64,000 nucleotides of DNA, from positions 1,952,001-2,016,000 of the forward strand of contig CAWDSK010000006.1 of the NCBI GenBank assembly GCA_963804995.1, given 5' to 3'. Source of the DNA: an uncultured Acidobacteriota bacterium. GTDB taxonomy: Bacteria > Acidobacteriota > Terriglobia > UBA7540. Of this stretch, positions 50,919 through 60,694 are shown in pieces. The first letter of the stretch is position 1, and each line of letters begins with the position of its first letter. The notes beneath the pieces are model-generated. The model was not told the DNA's origin. It ran no database searches and worked only from the letters and a program-made list of their open reading frames with translations. The translations under genes and the position numbers were made by a program.

Positions 50919-53855
50919 CTACGAGCACCCGCTGGTCGATCCGCAATTCAGACACTTATAGCAGGCGCCGTTACGAACCATGATGGCACCGCAATCGGCG
51001 CAACTCGGGGCGTCATCGCTCTGGTTGACACCCGCCAAACCCGCCTGCATCGGCGACGAGGTAAATCCGATTGCCGGCGCCGGAGCTTCGGCGGTGGCGC
51101 GAGAGAACTGCGCGGCGATCTCCGTAGCTTTTTCCGCCTCCGTGCCGTTCAGTGATTGCACGCTGGCGTCCTCGCGAGGCTGGGCGTCGCGCGGCAGGAA
51201 CTTGTATGCCAGCCACCGGAAGATGTAATCCATCACTGACTTGGCGTAGCGGATTTCCGGATTGGGCGTCCAGCCGCTGGGCTCGAAGCGCGTGTGGCTG
51301 AACTTATCGCACAGCACCTTGAGTGGTACGCCGTATTGCAGGGCCAGCGAAACCGCGGTGGCGAAGGAATCCATCAGACCCGATACGGTTGAGCCTTCCT
51401 TGGCCATGGTGATGAAGATCTCGCCGGGTTGGCCGTCTTCATAAAGGCCCACGGTCAGGTAGCCCTCGTGTTGCGCCACGGAGAATTTGTGGGTGATAGC
51501 ACGGCGCTCGTCAGGAAGCTTGTGACGGAAAGGCTGCGGCGCGCTGGGGGCCGGGGCTTCAGTCTTGCCTGTCTTTGGTTCCGCATTGCCTGTTCCCTGT
51601 TCCCTATTCCCTGTTCCCTGACTTTTCGGTTTCGCGTCGGAAGTGTTGAGTGGTTGCGAGCGCTTGGAGGCGTCGCGATAAATGGCGATGGCCTTCAGTC
51701 CCAGCCGCCAGCCCTCGGTATAGACGTTGGCGATTTCCTCAGCGGTCGCATCTTCCGGCATATTAACTGTCTTGGAAATGGCGCCGGAAAGGAAGGGCTG
51801 CACGGCGGCCATCATGCGCACGTGGCCCATGTAGTGGATGGAGCGCTTGCCGTTGGCGGGTTTCAGCGAGCAATCGAACACCGGCAGGTGCTCCGGCTTC
51901 AGGTGCGGAGCGCCCTCGATGGTGCCCTGCTGGTCGATGTAGTTGACGATGTCGCCTGCTTCCTGCTCCGTATAGCCCAGCCGCAGCAGCGCCGTGGGCA
52001 CCACGTTGTTGACGATTTTGATCAGACCGCCGCCCACCAGCTTCTTGTACTTCACCAGCGCCAGGTCCGGCTCAATGCCCGTGGTGTCGCAATCCATCAG
52101 GAAGCCGATCGTCCCCGTTGGCGCCAGCACCGTAACTTGCGCGTTGCGGTAGCCATACTTCATGCCGCTCGCCAGGCAATCATCCCAGGTCTTCTTGGCC
52201 GCTTCCCACAGGTTCTCCGGAACGTTGTGCGAGTTGATGTGCTGCAACGCCTGGCGGTGCATGGAAATGACGCCCAGGAAGGAATCCCGATTCAGGGGGA
52301 AGCCCGCGCAGGGCTCCAGCTCCGCCGCGATGCGCGAGGATTGCAGGTAAGACTCACCGTGCATAAGGGCAGTGATGGCCGCAGCGTAATCACGGCCGCC
52401 ATCGGAATCGTAGGGCAGACCGTTGGCCATCAGCAATGCGCCCAGGTTGGCATAGCCCAGGCCTAGGGGGCGGAAGTCGTGCGAGTTAAGCGCGATCCGC
52501 TCCGTCGGGTAGCTCGCGTTATCCACCAGAATTTCCTGCGCCGTGGTCATGATGTCGACGGCGTGCCGGAACGACTCCACGTCGAACTTGCCGTCGGGCG
52601 TGAGGAACTTCATCAGGTTCAGGGACGACAGGTTGCAGGCCGAATCGTCCAGGAACATATACTCGCTGCAGGGATTCGACGCGTTGATGGGCGCCGTGGC
52701 TTTGGACGTATGCCACTTGTTGATGGTGGTGTGGAACTGCATGCCCGGGTCGCCGCACTGCCACGCAGCCTCGGCGATCTTCTTCATCAGGTCGCGCGCC
52801 CGGTGCACCTTGGCGGTCTCACCGGTGCTGATGCGGCGCGTCGTCCAGTCCTTGTCTTCGATGACGGCTTTCATGAACTCGTCGGTGACGCGCACGCTGT
52901 TGTTGGCATTCTGGAAGAAGACGGAGCTGTACGCCTCACCGTCGATGGCAGAATCGTAACCGACATCCACCAGCGCCCAGGCCTTGCGTTCCTCCTTCGC
53001 CTTGCACTCAATGAACTCCTCGATGTCGGGGTGATCGACGTTGAGGATCACCATCTTGGCGGCGCGGCGGGTCTTGCCACCCGATTTGATGACGCCCGCA
53101 AACGCGTCGTAGCCTTTCATGAAGGAGAGGGGACCGGAGGCCACACCGCCACCCGACAGCGACTCGACTGAGGACCTGAGTGGTGAGAGGTTCGTACCCG
53201 TACCCGAACCCCACTTGAAGAGCATCCCTTCCACTTTAGCCAGATTCAGGATGCTTTCGAGGTTGTCCTGGACGGAGTTGATGAAGCAGGCTGAGCACTG
53301 AGGGTGCCGGTAGGCCTCGGTCTCCTTCTTGATGCCGCCCGTGGCCGGATCCCAATACCAGCCGCCCCCCTGGGAGGTGCGGTGATACTTGTGCCACAAG
53401 CCGCAATTGAACCAAACCGGGGAATTGAACGCCGCCTTTTGGCGGACCAGGATGTGCGTCAGTTCATCGTGAAAAGTTCTGGCGTCTTCCTCGCTGCGGA
53501 AGTAGCCGCCCTCCACACCCCATTGCGCGATGGTGTCGGCCACGCGGCTGATCAGTTGCCGCACGCTCGTTTCGCGCTCCGGCGAACCCAGTTTGCCGTG
53601 GAAATACTTCGAGGCCACAATGTTGGTGGCCGTCTGCGTCCAGTCCTTCGGCACTTCCACATTGCGCTGCTCGAATATGATCTTTCCCTTTTCGTTCTGA
53701 ATCGAAGCCGTGCGAAGCTCCCACTCGAGCTCGTCGAAAGGATGCACACCCGCCTTGGTCGAAACCCGCTTGACCGCGATGCCGCGCTTGCTTTGACTGT
53801 CTGTGGAAGGGGCCCAGGATTTGGTCTCCATCGACACAACGTCACGCTCAGACAT
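50919..53855 (-). CDS. nrdJ: Vitamin B12-dependent (class II) ribonucleotide reductase
   Basis: FNSPVWFN, QCSACFI, SNPCSEY, APTGTIG, SGAISKTVN, C-terminal CADC..CLNCGSTSGCS. Confidence 0.95.
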   Translation of the reverse strand: MSERDVVSMETKSWAPSTDSQSKRGIAVKRVSTKAGVHPFDELEWELRTASIQNEKGKIIFEQRNVEVPKDWTQTATNIVASKYFHGKLGSPERETSVRQLISRVADTIAQWGVEGGYFRSEEDARTFHDELTHILVRQKAAFNSPVWFNCGLWHKYHRTSQGGGWYWDPATGGIKKETEAYRHPQCSACFINSVQDNLESILNLAKVEGMLFKWGSGTGTNLSPLRSSVESLSGGGVASGPLSFMKGYDAFAGVIKSGGKTRRAAKMVILNVDHPDIEEFIECKAKEERKAWALVDVGYDSAIDGEAYSSVFFQNANNSVRVTDEFMKAVIEDKDWTTRRISTGETAKVHRARDLMKKIAEAAWQCGDPGMQFHTTINKWHTSKATAPINASNPCSEYMFLDDSACNLSSLNLMKFLTPDGKFDVESFRHAVDIMTTAQEILVDNASYPTERIALNSHDFRPLGLGYANLGALLMANGLPYDSDGGRDYAAAITALMHGESYLQSSRIAAELEPCAGFPLNRDSFLGVISMHRQALQHINSHNVPENLWEAAKKTWDDCLASGMKYGYRNAQVTVLAPTGTIGFLMDCDTTGIEPDLALVKYKKLVGGGLIKIVNNVVPTALLRLGYTEQEAGDIVNYIDQQGTIEGAPHLKPEHLPVFDCSLKPANGKRSIHYMGHVRMMAAVQPFLSGAISKTVNMPEDATAEEIANVYTEGWRLGLKAIAIYRDASKRSQPLNTSDAKPKSQGTGNREQGTGNAEPKTGKTEAPAPSAPQPFRHKLPDERRAITHKFSVAQHEGYLTVGLYEDGQPGEIFITMAKEGSTVSGLMDSFATAVSLALQYGVPLKVLCDKFSHTRFEPSGWTPNPEIRYAKSVMDYIFRWLAYKFLPRDAQPREDASVQSLNGTEAEKATEIAAQFSRATAEAPAPAIGFTSSPMQAGLAGVNQSDDAPSCADCGAIMVRNGACYKCLNCGSTSGCS

Positions 53856-54001
53856 AGTCTGCCTCCATATGGTGGGTTCACGCCCTCAATTATGATTTGC
53901 TGCGATGCGGCCTGGGCCAACGGCTCAAGAATTGTTCTACTGCCCCGCTGCCGGCTTGCCCCCCTCCGGGCGGAGACCGGCTCCGCAACGACTGGGACGA
54001 A

Positions 54002-54029
54002 ATTCTACTCCTCCCGTTTGGTTTGTCAA
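54002..54029 (-). promoter_or_regulatory. Sigma70 promoter of nrdJ
   Basis: TTGACA-16 nt-TAGAAT on the minus strand. Confidence 0.75.
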
Positions 54030-54038
54030 GAGGGAAAA

Positions 54039-54085
54039 ACACAATAGGTAGTGGTTGGCGGGTTTATACCGACAAAATCTTGTGG
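54039..54085. promoter_or_regulatory. Tandem NrdR boxes
   Basis: ACACAATAGGTAGTGG (54039-54054) and CGACAAAATCTTGTGG (54070-54085), 31 bp apart, upstream of nrdJ. Confidence 0.8.
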
Positions 54086-54285
54086 AAAACCTGTGGAGGA
54101 GTGTGAATATCTCCAGACCCCATTTCCCCCCTCTTGCAACCCCTTATCTCTGCGTAACTTCTCTTAATTAGATGGTCCCACGAAGGTCCGCGCTGCCCGC
54201 AGGCACACACTGACACCGCCACTCCATCTCAATTGTCGTCAGGGGAGAGCGGGGCGAACGGACGTTCGCCCCACGTAAGCCACAC

Positions 54286-54795
54286 TTAGCTCGGAAGGGG
54301 TGCTTTTATATTGACCTTGGACAGCGACTTAACCAGTTGTGCTTCCACGGTTTCTTTCGCCAGCCCGCGCACCACAGCAACTTCGTCGACGAGAAGTCCC
54401 CAGGCGCGATCCAGCATCTTTTTCTCGCGGAAGGAGAGTGGCTTGGCCTGATTGAGGAACATCAAAGTCTTCAGGACTTCGGCCACTTGCATCAACGCGC
54501 CATTGCGCATCTTCTCGGAGTTCTCCTTGAACCGCCCCTTCCAGTCCTGAGCGGATTTACAGCGGCCCTTCTGAAGGAATTCGAGCACCCCGCCGATCTC
54601 GCTGGTTTTGGTCACGCGCCGCAAACCCACGTTAGCCACGCTGCTGAGAGGCACCATGACCCGCATGCTGCTGGAACTGAGCTTCAAGAGATAAAACATT
54701 TCCGGCATGCCGGTAAGATTGCGCGTGGAAATCTGTTCGACTATCCCTACTCCTTGATTGGGGTAGACAACCTTGTCCCCGATTTGAAAGTCCAT
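54286..54795 (-). CDS. carD: CarD family transcriptional regulator
   Basis: FQIGDKVVYPNQGVG, GLR, WKGRF, LSFREKKMLDRA. Confidence 0.92.
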   Translation of the reverse strand: MDFQIGDKVVYPNQGVGIVEQISTRNLTGMPEMFYLLKLSSSSMRVMVPLSSVANVGLRRVTKTSEIGGVLEFLQKGRCKSAQDWKGRFKENSEKMRNGALMQVAEVLKTLMFLNQAKPLSFREKKMLDRAWGLLVDEVAVVRGLAKETVEAQLVKSLSKVNIKAPLPS

Positions 54796-55083
54796 GGGGC
54801 TCCTTGGAGGAAAAAGAATGATTACAAAACGATTAAGTTTACCTTAGAATTCGCGTAAAGTCAATTGAATAGAAAGGGATGCAGTGTTTCATCTTGATGT
54901 AGAGGCGGCGGAATTTATCCCGATCTCGTCGGGATGCCGACATTTGGCGAGGTAAACTCGCCGCTACCGCATCATCGATTCACTGCCGAGGAAATCCACC
55001 AACCAATCCAGGCAGCAGACAGATTCCGCGCGGCATCGTATAATAGGTTTGTAGCACTTCTCACGGGGCACTACGAAAGGTTC

Positions 55084-56337
55084 ATGCGGCACTGGGTCAG
55101 TTTTTTAGTCCTTCTATTCTTCCTTCCGAGCCAGATCTTCTGGATTCGGCAGGTGCGAGCGCTGGGGGCGAAGCTCCTTCGCAGCGCTGCCTTACGCCGT
55201 TGGCTGGGAGGCTTGGCCGGCGTTTTCTATCTCATACTGTTATTGTATTTTTTTAGCAACCTGCTGGGAATCCGCCGGCACCCCGAATCCACCTACCTGA
55301 CGCTGCGGGCCGCACTGCTGCAAGCTCCCTTCAACTGGTGGATGTTCTCTTCAGTCTTGGGATTCGTGGCCATTGCCGCCTTCTTTCTTCTCGATCGCCT
55401 CGCGCGGGCGGCCTATGCCTCCTACGCCAGCTTGGCTCTACCCTCGAAACCAGGTCACCACCGCTTGCTGTCTCCGGAGCGCCGACGCTTTCTGGAAAGG
55501 ACAGCCGTGGCACTGAGTGCCACACCCTTTGCCGCTTGCGCTTACGGGATGCTTTACGAGCGCACGGCCACGGAGATCGTGCACCAACGCCTCAAGCTGC
55601 GCCGGCTCCCCAAAGCTTTTGAGGGCTTTCGAATCGCGCAACTTTCCGACCTTCACATCGGACCTTTTACGACCAGCGATGATATTCGGAAGTGCGTCGC
55701 GACCGTGAATCAGTTGAAGCCCGATTTGGTGGCGCTCACAGGCGACTTTGTCACGTGGGACGCCAAAACGCAGGGCCCCGCCGTCGCCGCGCTCAGCGGG
55801 CTCAAGGCCCCCTTTGGAGTTTTCGGCTGCCTGGGCAATCACGAGATGTGGTGCCACGCCGAGAATTCCATCACCAGGCTTTTCGCGGCCGAGGGTGTCA
55901 AGATCCTGCGCGAGGAGCGGGCCGCGATCGAATCGGGCGGCGAGCGCCTGAACCTGATTGGCGTGGATTACCAGACGCGCACGCGTTTTGGGCCCCCCGG
56001 CGAAGGTATTGTGACCCATTATCTGGATGGTGTTGAGCCCCTGATCCTGGCCGACACCACGAATATCCTGCTGAGTCACAACCCCAATACTTTCGACCGC
56101 GCCGCCGAGCTTGGCATCGACTTGAGCCTGGCCGGTCACACCCACGGCGGCCAGGTCACACTGGAATTCATCTCCCCTGACCTTTCCCCCAGCCGCTTGA
56201 TTACTTCCTACGTGCGAGGTTGGTTCCAAAAAGGCGACTCGCAGCTCTATGTGAACCGCGGCATCGGAACCATCTTCGTCCCCATCCGCTTCGACTCCCC
56301 ACCTGAAATTACCATGTTTGAATTGCAGCGCGGGTAA
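55084..56337 (+). CDS. Membrane-anchored metallophosphoesterase
   Basis: SDLH, TGD, GNHE, LLSHNP, AGHTHGGQ; N-terminal TM helices. Confidence 0.9.
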   Translation: MRHWVSFLVLLFFLPSQIFWIRQVRALGAKLLRSAALRRWLGGLAGVFYLILLLYFFSNLLGIRRHPESTYLTLRAALLQAPFNWWMFSSVLGFVAIAAFFLLDRLARAAYASYASLALPSKPGHHRLLSPERRRFLERTAVALSATPFAACAYGMLYERTATEIVHQRLKLRRLPKAFEGFRIAQLSDLHIGPFTTSDDIRKCVATVNQLKPDLVALTGDFVTWDAKTQGPAVAALSGLKAPFGVFGCLGNHEMWCHAENSITRLFAAEGVKILREERAAIESGGERLNLIGVDYQTRTRFGPPGEGIVTHYLDGVEPLILADTTNILLSHNPNTFDRAAELGIDLSLAGHTHGGQVTLEFISPDLSPSRLITSYVRGWFQKGDSQLYVNRGIGTIFVPIRFDSPPEITMFELQRG

Positions 56338-56650
56338 GACCGGCGTGATCGCATACAGGCCAAAAGCCAGCACGTATGCGCCACCCGTGGATTTTTCCTT
56401 TCGGCCCTTCGTCTAATGCCTTCTTGGTGTCTTGGTGACTTGGTGGTAAAAAGAAATTGAACCACCAAGACACCAAGGCACGGAGAGAGCGAGGAAACCA
56501 ACAAATTTGCACGAGATCGCTGCGGCTGCATTTGTGGTGCGAATGGCGCTCGCTGCCTGGTGCCTTCTATCTCCTGACTCCTATCTTCTGCATCCTTTCC
56601 TCCCACTGGCGCCCTGCGTTCGGGCAATTTGAGTGATTTATTTCATATTC

Positions 56651-58020
56651 GGGCTACCGGTAGCCCAAACCCACACATTGCCTATTGACATAGGCCAGTC
56701 GACTAAGAGCACAATAGAGGTGAGGAAGCGTAGCGCCCTGATGTGTCCAAGCAGCAATCTCTACCGAACAACCACGGGCCCCCAAATCGGGGGTCTGCCA
56801 TGCCATCCCGTGAATGCTGATTTCTTTAGCGAACCTTTTGGGGCAAGGGTTGAAAGTCACGGCTTCCGTCGAAGCAACCCCTCATCCGCTTCGTACCTCA
56901 GCACCTTCTCCCCGGGGAGAAGGTGGGAAATTAAACCGCCCTCTCCGAGGGGAGAGGGTGGACCGCCGCCGGCGTTTTCATCAGCCGGGGCGGGACGGGT
57001 GAGGGGTCACTTCGCCAGCGCATAACCACTTGGCAGCCCGCGCGCTCCCTCTGGAGATTCGCAGGTCCATCCTCAAGCGGCCTAGGGTGAGTCTGGCGGC
57101 ACGCGAGGCGTTCCGATTTGATTGGCTATTACACCTCATGAACACGCCGACAAACGTCCGGGAAGAGGCACTGACCCGTAGAGATGTTAAAAATGAAGGT
57201 CGATCCGGGGATGCGTATGAAAACACAGGAGCAGCGACACAATGTCAGGCTATTGTTTGGGCTTTTTGCAGAAAACACCGGAGTTTTGTGACAATGGACG
57301 ACAATCGAACGGGATTGTGGGTCGAAAATACACGGATTACGCCATAAATCGGGGTGAAGTAGCGCCGACCTTCAGATCCCGCCCTGAGCACCGCGAGGGG
57401 TCGGCACATGCGGACGTAGCGCCGACCGGAACCTGTCCCGACCTGGTCGGGAGGTCGGCACATGCTGAAGTAAAGTTCAGCACTACAAAAGGCCGTGGCT
57501 TTCCATTATGTTCATGAAAAGAAATAGGGTTACTGATAATGAGGGAAAAAATGGGAAGAAGAAATCATCGATCGGGATGAGGCTTTGAGGAGACGGGTAG
57601 CGCGATGGTCAAAGTGAAGCCGGAAGGTGCGATAGGCATTGGACGGGCGGTCAAAAGTGGTGGGGCCAGCCGTTTAAACCGATCTGCCGCAGCCGCCTAC
57701 TTCAGCCTCCGGTTGTCACTGCGGCGACAGAAAACAGTGTCGGCGCGGAAAGCAAGTGGCACAGGCGACCCACACCCCCGACCGAATGCCTCCCGTCCGG
57801 GACACACTTCCCCGTATCGGTAATCGGCAGTGCCAGGTGAGAAGATGAATCAAAGGCTGACTGCGAAAATCGCCAATCACAAATCGCCAATCACAAATCG
57901 CCATTCACCAATCAGCCGATCCCCCGATCACCAGATCAACCGATCACCCGATTCCCAGCCCCCGCCGGCACGCACTCCCCCAAATCGGTTATCGGTGGGT
58001 TGGCGCACGAAGATGAGCAT
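56651..58020 (+). repeat. Dispersed composite element, copy 2 (homologous to 7130-8593)
   Basis: Same collinear blocks as copy 1, with different REP insertions. Confidence 0.85.
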
Positions 58021-58106
58021 AAAGATCGGGGGGTGAATCGAATGGGCAGCCACCGGTTGAATTTTCACTCGACGGATAGGAACGCTCCTCATAGAATGGA
58101 AACTAC

Positions 58107-60152
58107 ATGCCCGCAGTGAGGCTCACGTTGAAGAAACTGACTCGATACGTTCTACTTTCCGGCACACTCGCGACGCTCGGTTACTTTGCGGGTTGCCATC
58201 GCGCCGCGCCCACACGTCCAGTGACGCAGCAAGTTGTGGTCTTGGGATTTGACGGCGCCGACCCGAAGCTGGCTGCCAAGTGGATTGCGGAAGGCAAGCT
58301 GCCGAACCTGGCGCGGCTGGCTGAGCAAGGTACCTTCAAGCCGCTGGGGACAACGAACCCGCCGGAGTCACCCGTGGCGTGGGCGGCGTTCGCCACAGGG
58401 CTTAACCCCGGAGCCACCGGCATTTTCGACTTCCTGAAGCGCGACCCGCAGACTTACCTGCCGGAGCTGGCACTGGTTTCTCGCGAGAAGGGTAAATTCC
58501 TGTGGGGCATGGTTCCCGTGAAGCTCCCGAAGGTAACGAACCTGCGCAGCGGCGTACCCTTCTACAAGGCCGTGGCTGATGCAGGTTACAAGACCACCAT
58601 CGTGCGCATGCCACTGGAGTTTCCCCCCACCCAGATTCCCGGAGGCAAGCTGCTGGCGGGTCTGGGCGTGCCGGACCTGCGCGGGACGTGGGGCACGTTC
58701 TTCTATTTCAGCTCTGACCTTACCCCTTGGGATGTGGGTGATACTGAATTCGGCGGCAAGCTGGTGCGCCTGGAGTTGAACGGCAACCACGCGGCCACCA
58801 CCATCGAGGGGCCGGCCGATCCCACCGCGGAAAAGTTCACACGCCTGTCGATCCCCATCGACTTCACAGTTTCGCCCGACGGGAAGACCGTAACCATCCA
58901 GCTTGAAGGGCAGACGGCCACGCTCCGGGAGCGTCAATGGAGCGCCTGGATGCACGCCAAGTTTCACGTAACCCCGTTCCTCCGTTTGCATTCGATCTGC
59001 CAGTTCTACATTTTGCAGGCCTCGCCCGATTTGCGCGTTTACATGTCACCGCTGAACCTTGATCCGGAGGATTCGCCGATCCCGATTTCCTCTCCGGCGG
59101 AATACAGCTCAGAGCTCGTGAAGAAGCACGGCCTGTACAAAACCCTGGGCTGGTGGCACGACACCTGGGCGCTCAACGAAGAGCGCATCGACGAGGGCAT
59201 GTTCCTGGAAGATTGTTGGCGCACCATGGACCAGTGGCGCGACATCACAGTTGACGAGCTGAAGAACGATCCGCCGAGTTTAATGGTTTCGGTTTCCACC
59301 GCCACGGACAGCGTCAGCCACATGTTCTACCGCTTGATCGATCCCACCCACCCGCGCTACGACCCGGAGCTGGCCGCCAGGTACGGCAATGCCATCGAGC
59401 GGACCTACGTGAAGATGGACGCGGCCGTGGGCGAAGTGATGCGGGCGATGAAGCCGGGGGCCACGCTCATCATCGTCTCCGACCACGGGTTTCATTCCTG
59501 GCGCAAAGGTTTCAACACCAATACTTGGCTCGTCGAGAATGGTTTCATGGCGCTCAAGAATCCGGGCGCCGCGGAGCAACAGCACAACCTGGACCAACTC
59601 TTCGGCAAGGGGAGCTTCTTCCCCAACACCGATTGGAGCCGCACCCAGGCGTACGCCCTGGGCCTGGGCCAGGTGTACCTAAACCTGGACGGGCGCGAGA
59701 AGGATGGAGTCGTCAGCCTGGGCGAGGAGTCAGAGCGGATTCTCGGAGCCATCCACGACAAGCTGCTGACTGTCCAGGACCCGGACACGCACCAGCCGGT
59801 GATTCAAAATGTTTATTTCGGCAAGGAAATCTTTCACGGCCCGCGCATGAGTGAGGCGCCTGACTTGCAGGTCGATTTCCGGGATGGTTATCGCACCTCG
59901 TGGCAGACCTCGCTGGGAGCGGTTCCCCCGGGCATCGTCGTGGCCAACATGAAGAAGTGGAGCGGCGATCACTGCGCCTCCGACCCCAGTGACACGCAAG
60001 GGATCTTCTTCTCGAATCGGCCTTATGCCGCTTCCCAAGCCTCCCTGCTGGATATCGCGCCAACCGTCTTAGGCATTTTCAGCGTGGCGCCACCCGCCCA
60101 ACTGGATGGCAAGGCGCTTGGACTCGCTACCGGCAATACGTCGAAGCCTTAA
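58107..60152 (+). CDS. Alkaline phosphatase superfamily / type I phosphodiesterase, probable lipoprotein
   Basis: VLGFDGAD, PPESPVAW, SDHGF, WSGDH; FAGC lipobox. Confidence 0.88.
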   Translation: MPAVRLTLKKLTRYVLLSGTLATLGYFAGCHRAAPTRPVTQQVVVLGFDGADPKLAAKWIAEGKLPNLARLAEQGTFKPLGTTNPPESPVAWAAFATGLNPGATGIFDFLKRDPQTYLPELALVSREKGKFLWGMVPVKLPKVTNLRSGVPFYKAVADAGYKTTIVRMPLEFPPTQIPGGKLLAGLGVPDLRGTWGTFFYFSSDLTPWDVGDTEFGGKLVRLELNGNHAATTIEGPADPTAEKFTRLSIPIDFTVSPDGKTVTIQLEGQTATLRERQWSAWMHAKFHVTPFLRLHSICQFYILQASPDLRVYMSPLNLDPEDSPIPISSPAEYSSELVKKHGLYKTLGWWHDTWALNEERIDEGMFLEDCWRTMDQWRDITVDELKNDPPSLMVSVSTATDSVSHMFYRLIDPTHPRYDPELAARYGNAIERTYVKMDAAVGEVMRAMKPGATLIIVSDHGFHSWRKGFNTNTWLVENGFMALKNPGAAEQQHNLDQLFGKGSFFPNTDWSRTQAYALGLGQVYLNLDGREKDGVVSLGEESERILGAIHDKLLTVQDPDTHQPVIQNVYFGKEIFHGPRMSEAPDLQVDFRDGYRTSWQTSLGAVPPGIVVANMKKWSGDHCASDPSDTQGIFFSNRPYAASQASLLDIAPTVLGIFSVAPPAQLDGKALGLATGNTSKP

Positions 60153-60694
60153 GGGTCGAGCCTCATGATGTCCCCGACTACATTTCGAACCACGTTTTGG
60201 CTGTCCACGTCGAGGATACGTGGCGTGTCACGGTAGGCTCGCGGCTGGGTCAGGCCCAAATCAAGCACACACCAGAGATTGATGCCCATGCCGCTGCACA
60301 CTGTATACGCCGGCTTGATCGGTTATCCATGCCAAGTGATCTCTATTTGTTCCATTACATACAAAGTGGATATATATTCTATGTATGGAACCCCTAAAAA
60401 AATTCATACATATTTAATATGGACAAAATACGCCTTTAAGATAAACAGCATTTTTGCACTTGACAGCCCCCATTATCAGTAGTATCCACTTTCCGTCATA
60501 TTGTAGACGGCCCAACGGCAAGGAAAGGTTGAGTCGTTTAATCGTGCGAAAATTTGTTCGGTTGCACCCCTCTTCGCTGTCTGTGTGTGCCAGGTGGTAG
60601 TGCATGTCCCGTCCCCACAGAGGCGCTCGCTCATGACCGCGAGCGAACTCATGCCGACGCAAGTGAATCGAGAAAAAAATTGAGGTGAGGAACC

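Noticed and set aside
53856..54000. Cobalamin riboswitch upstream of nrdJ
   Set aside because: No B12-box or conserved core motifs seen. Regulation is explained by the NrdR boxes.
60360..60490. Operator and promoter in the AT-rich region before the last TonB gene
   Set aside because: Only a weak ATGTATG/CATACAT inverted pair and a TTGACA without a well-spaced -10. Not enough to call.
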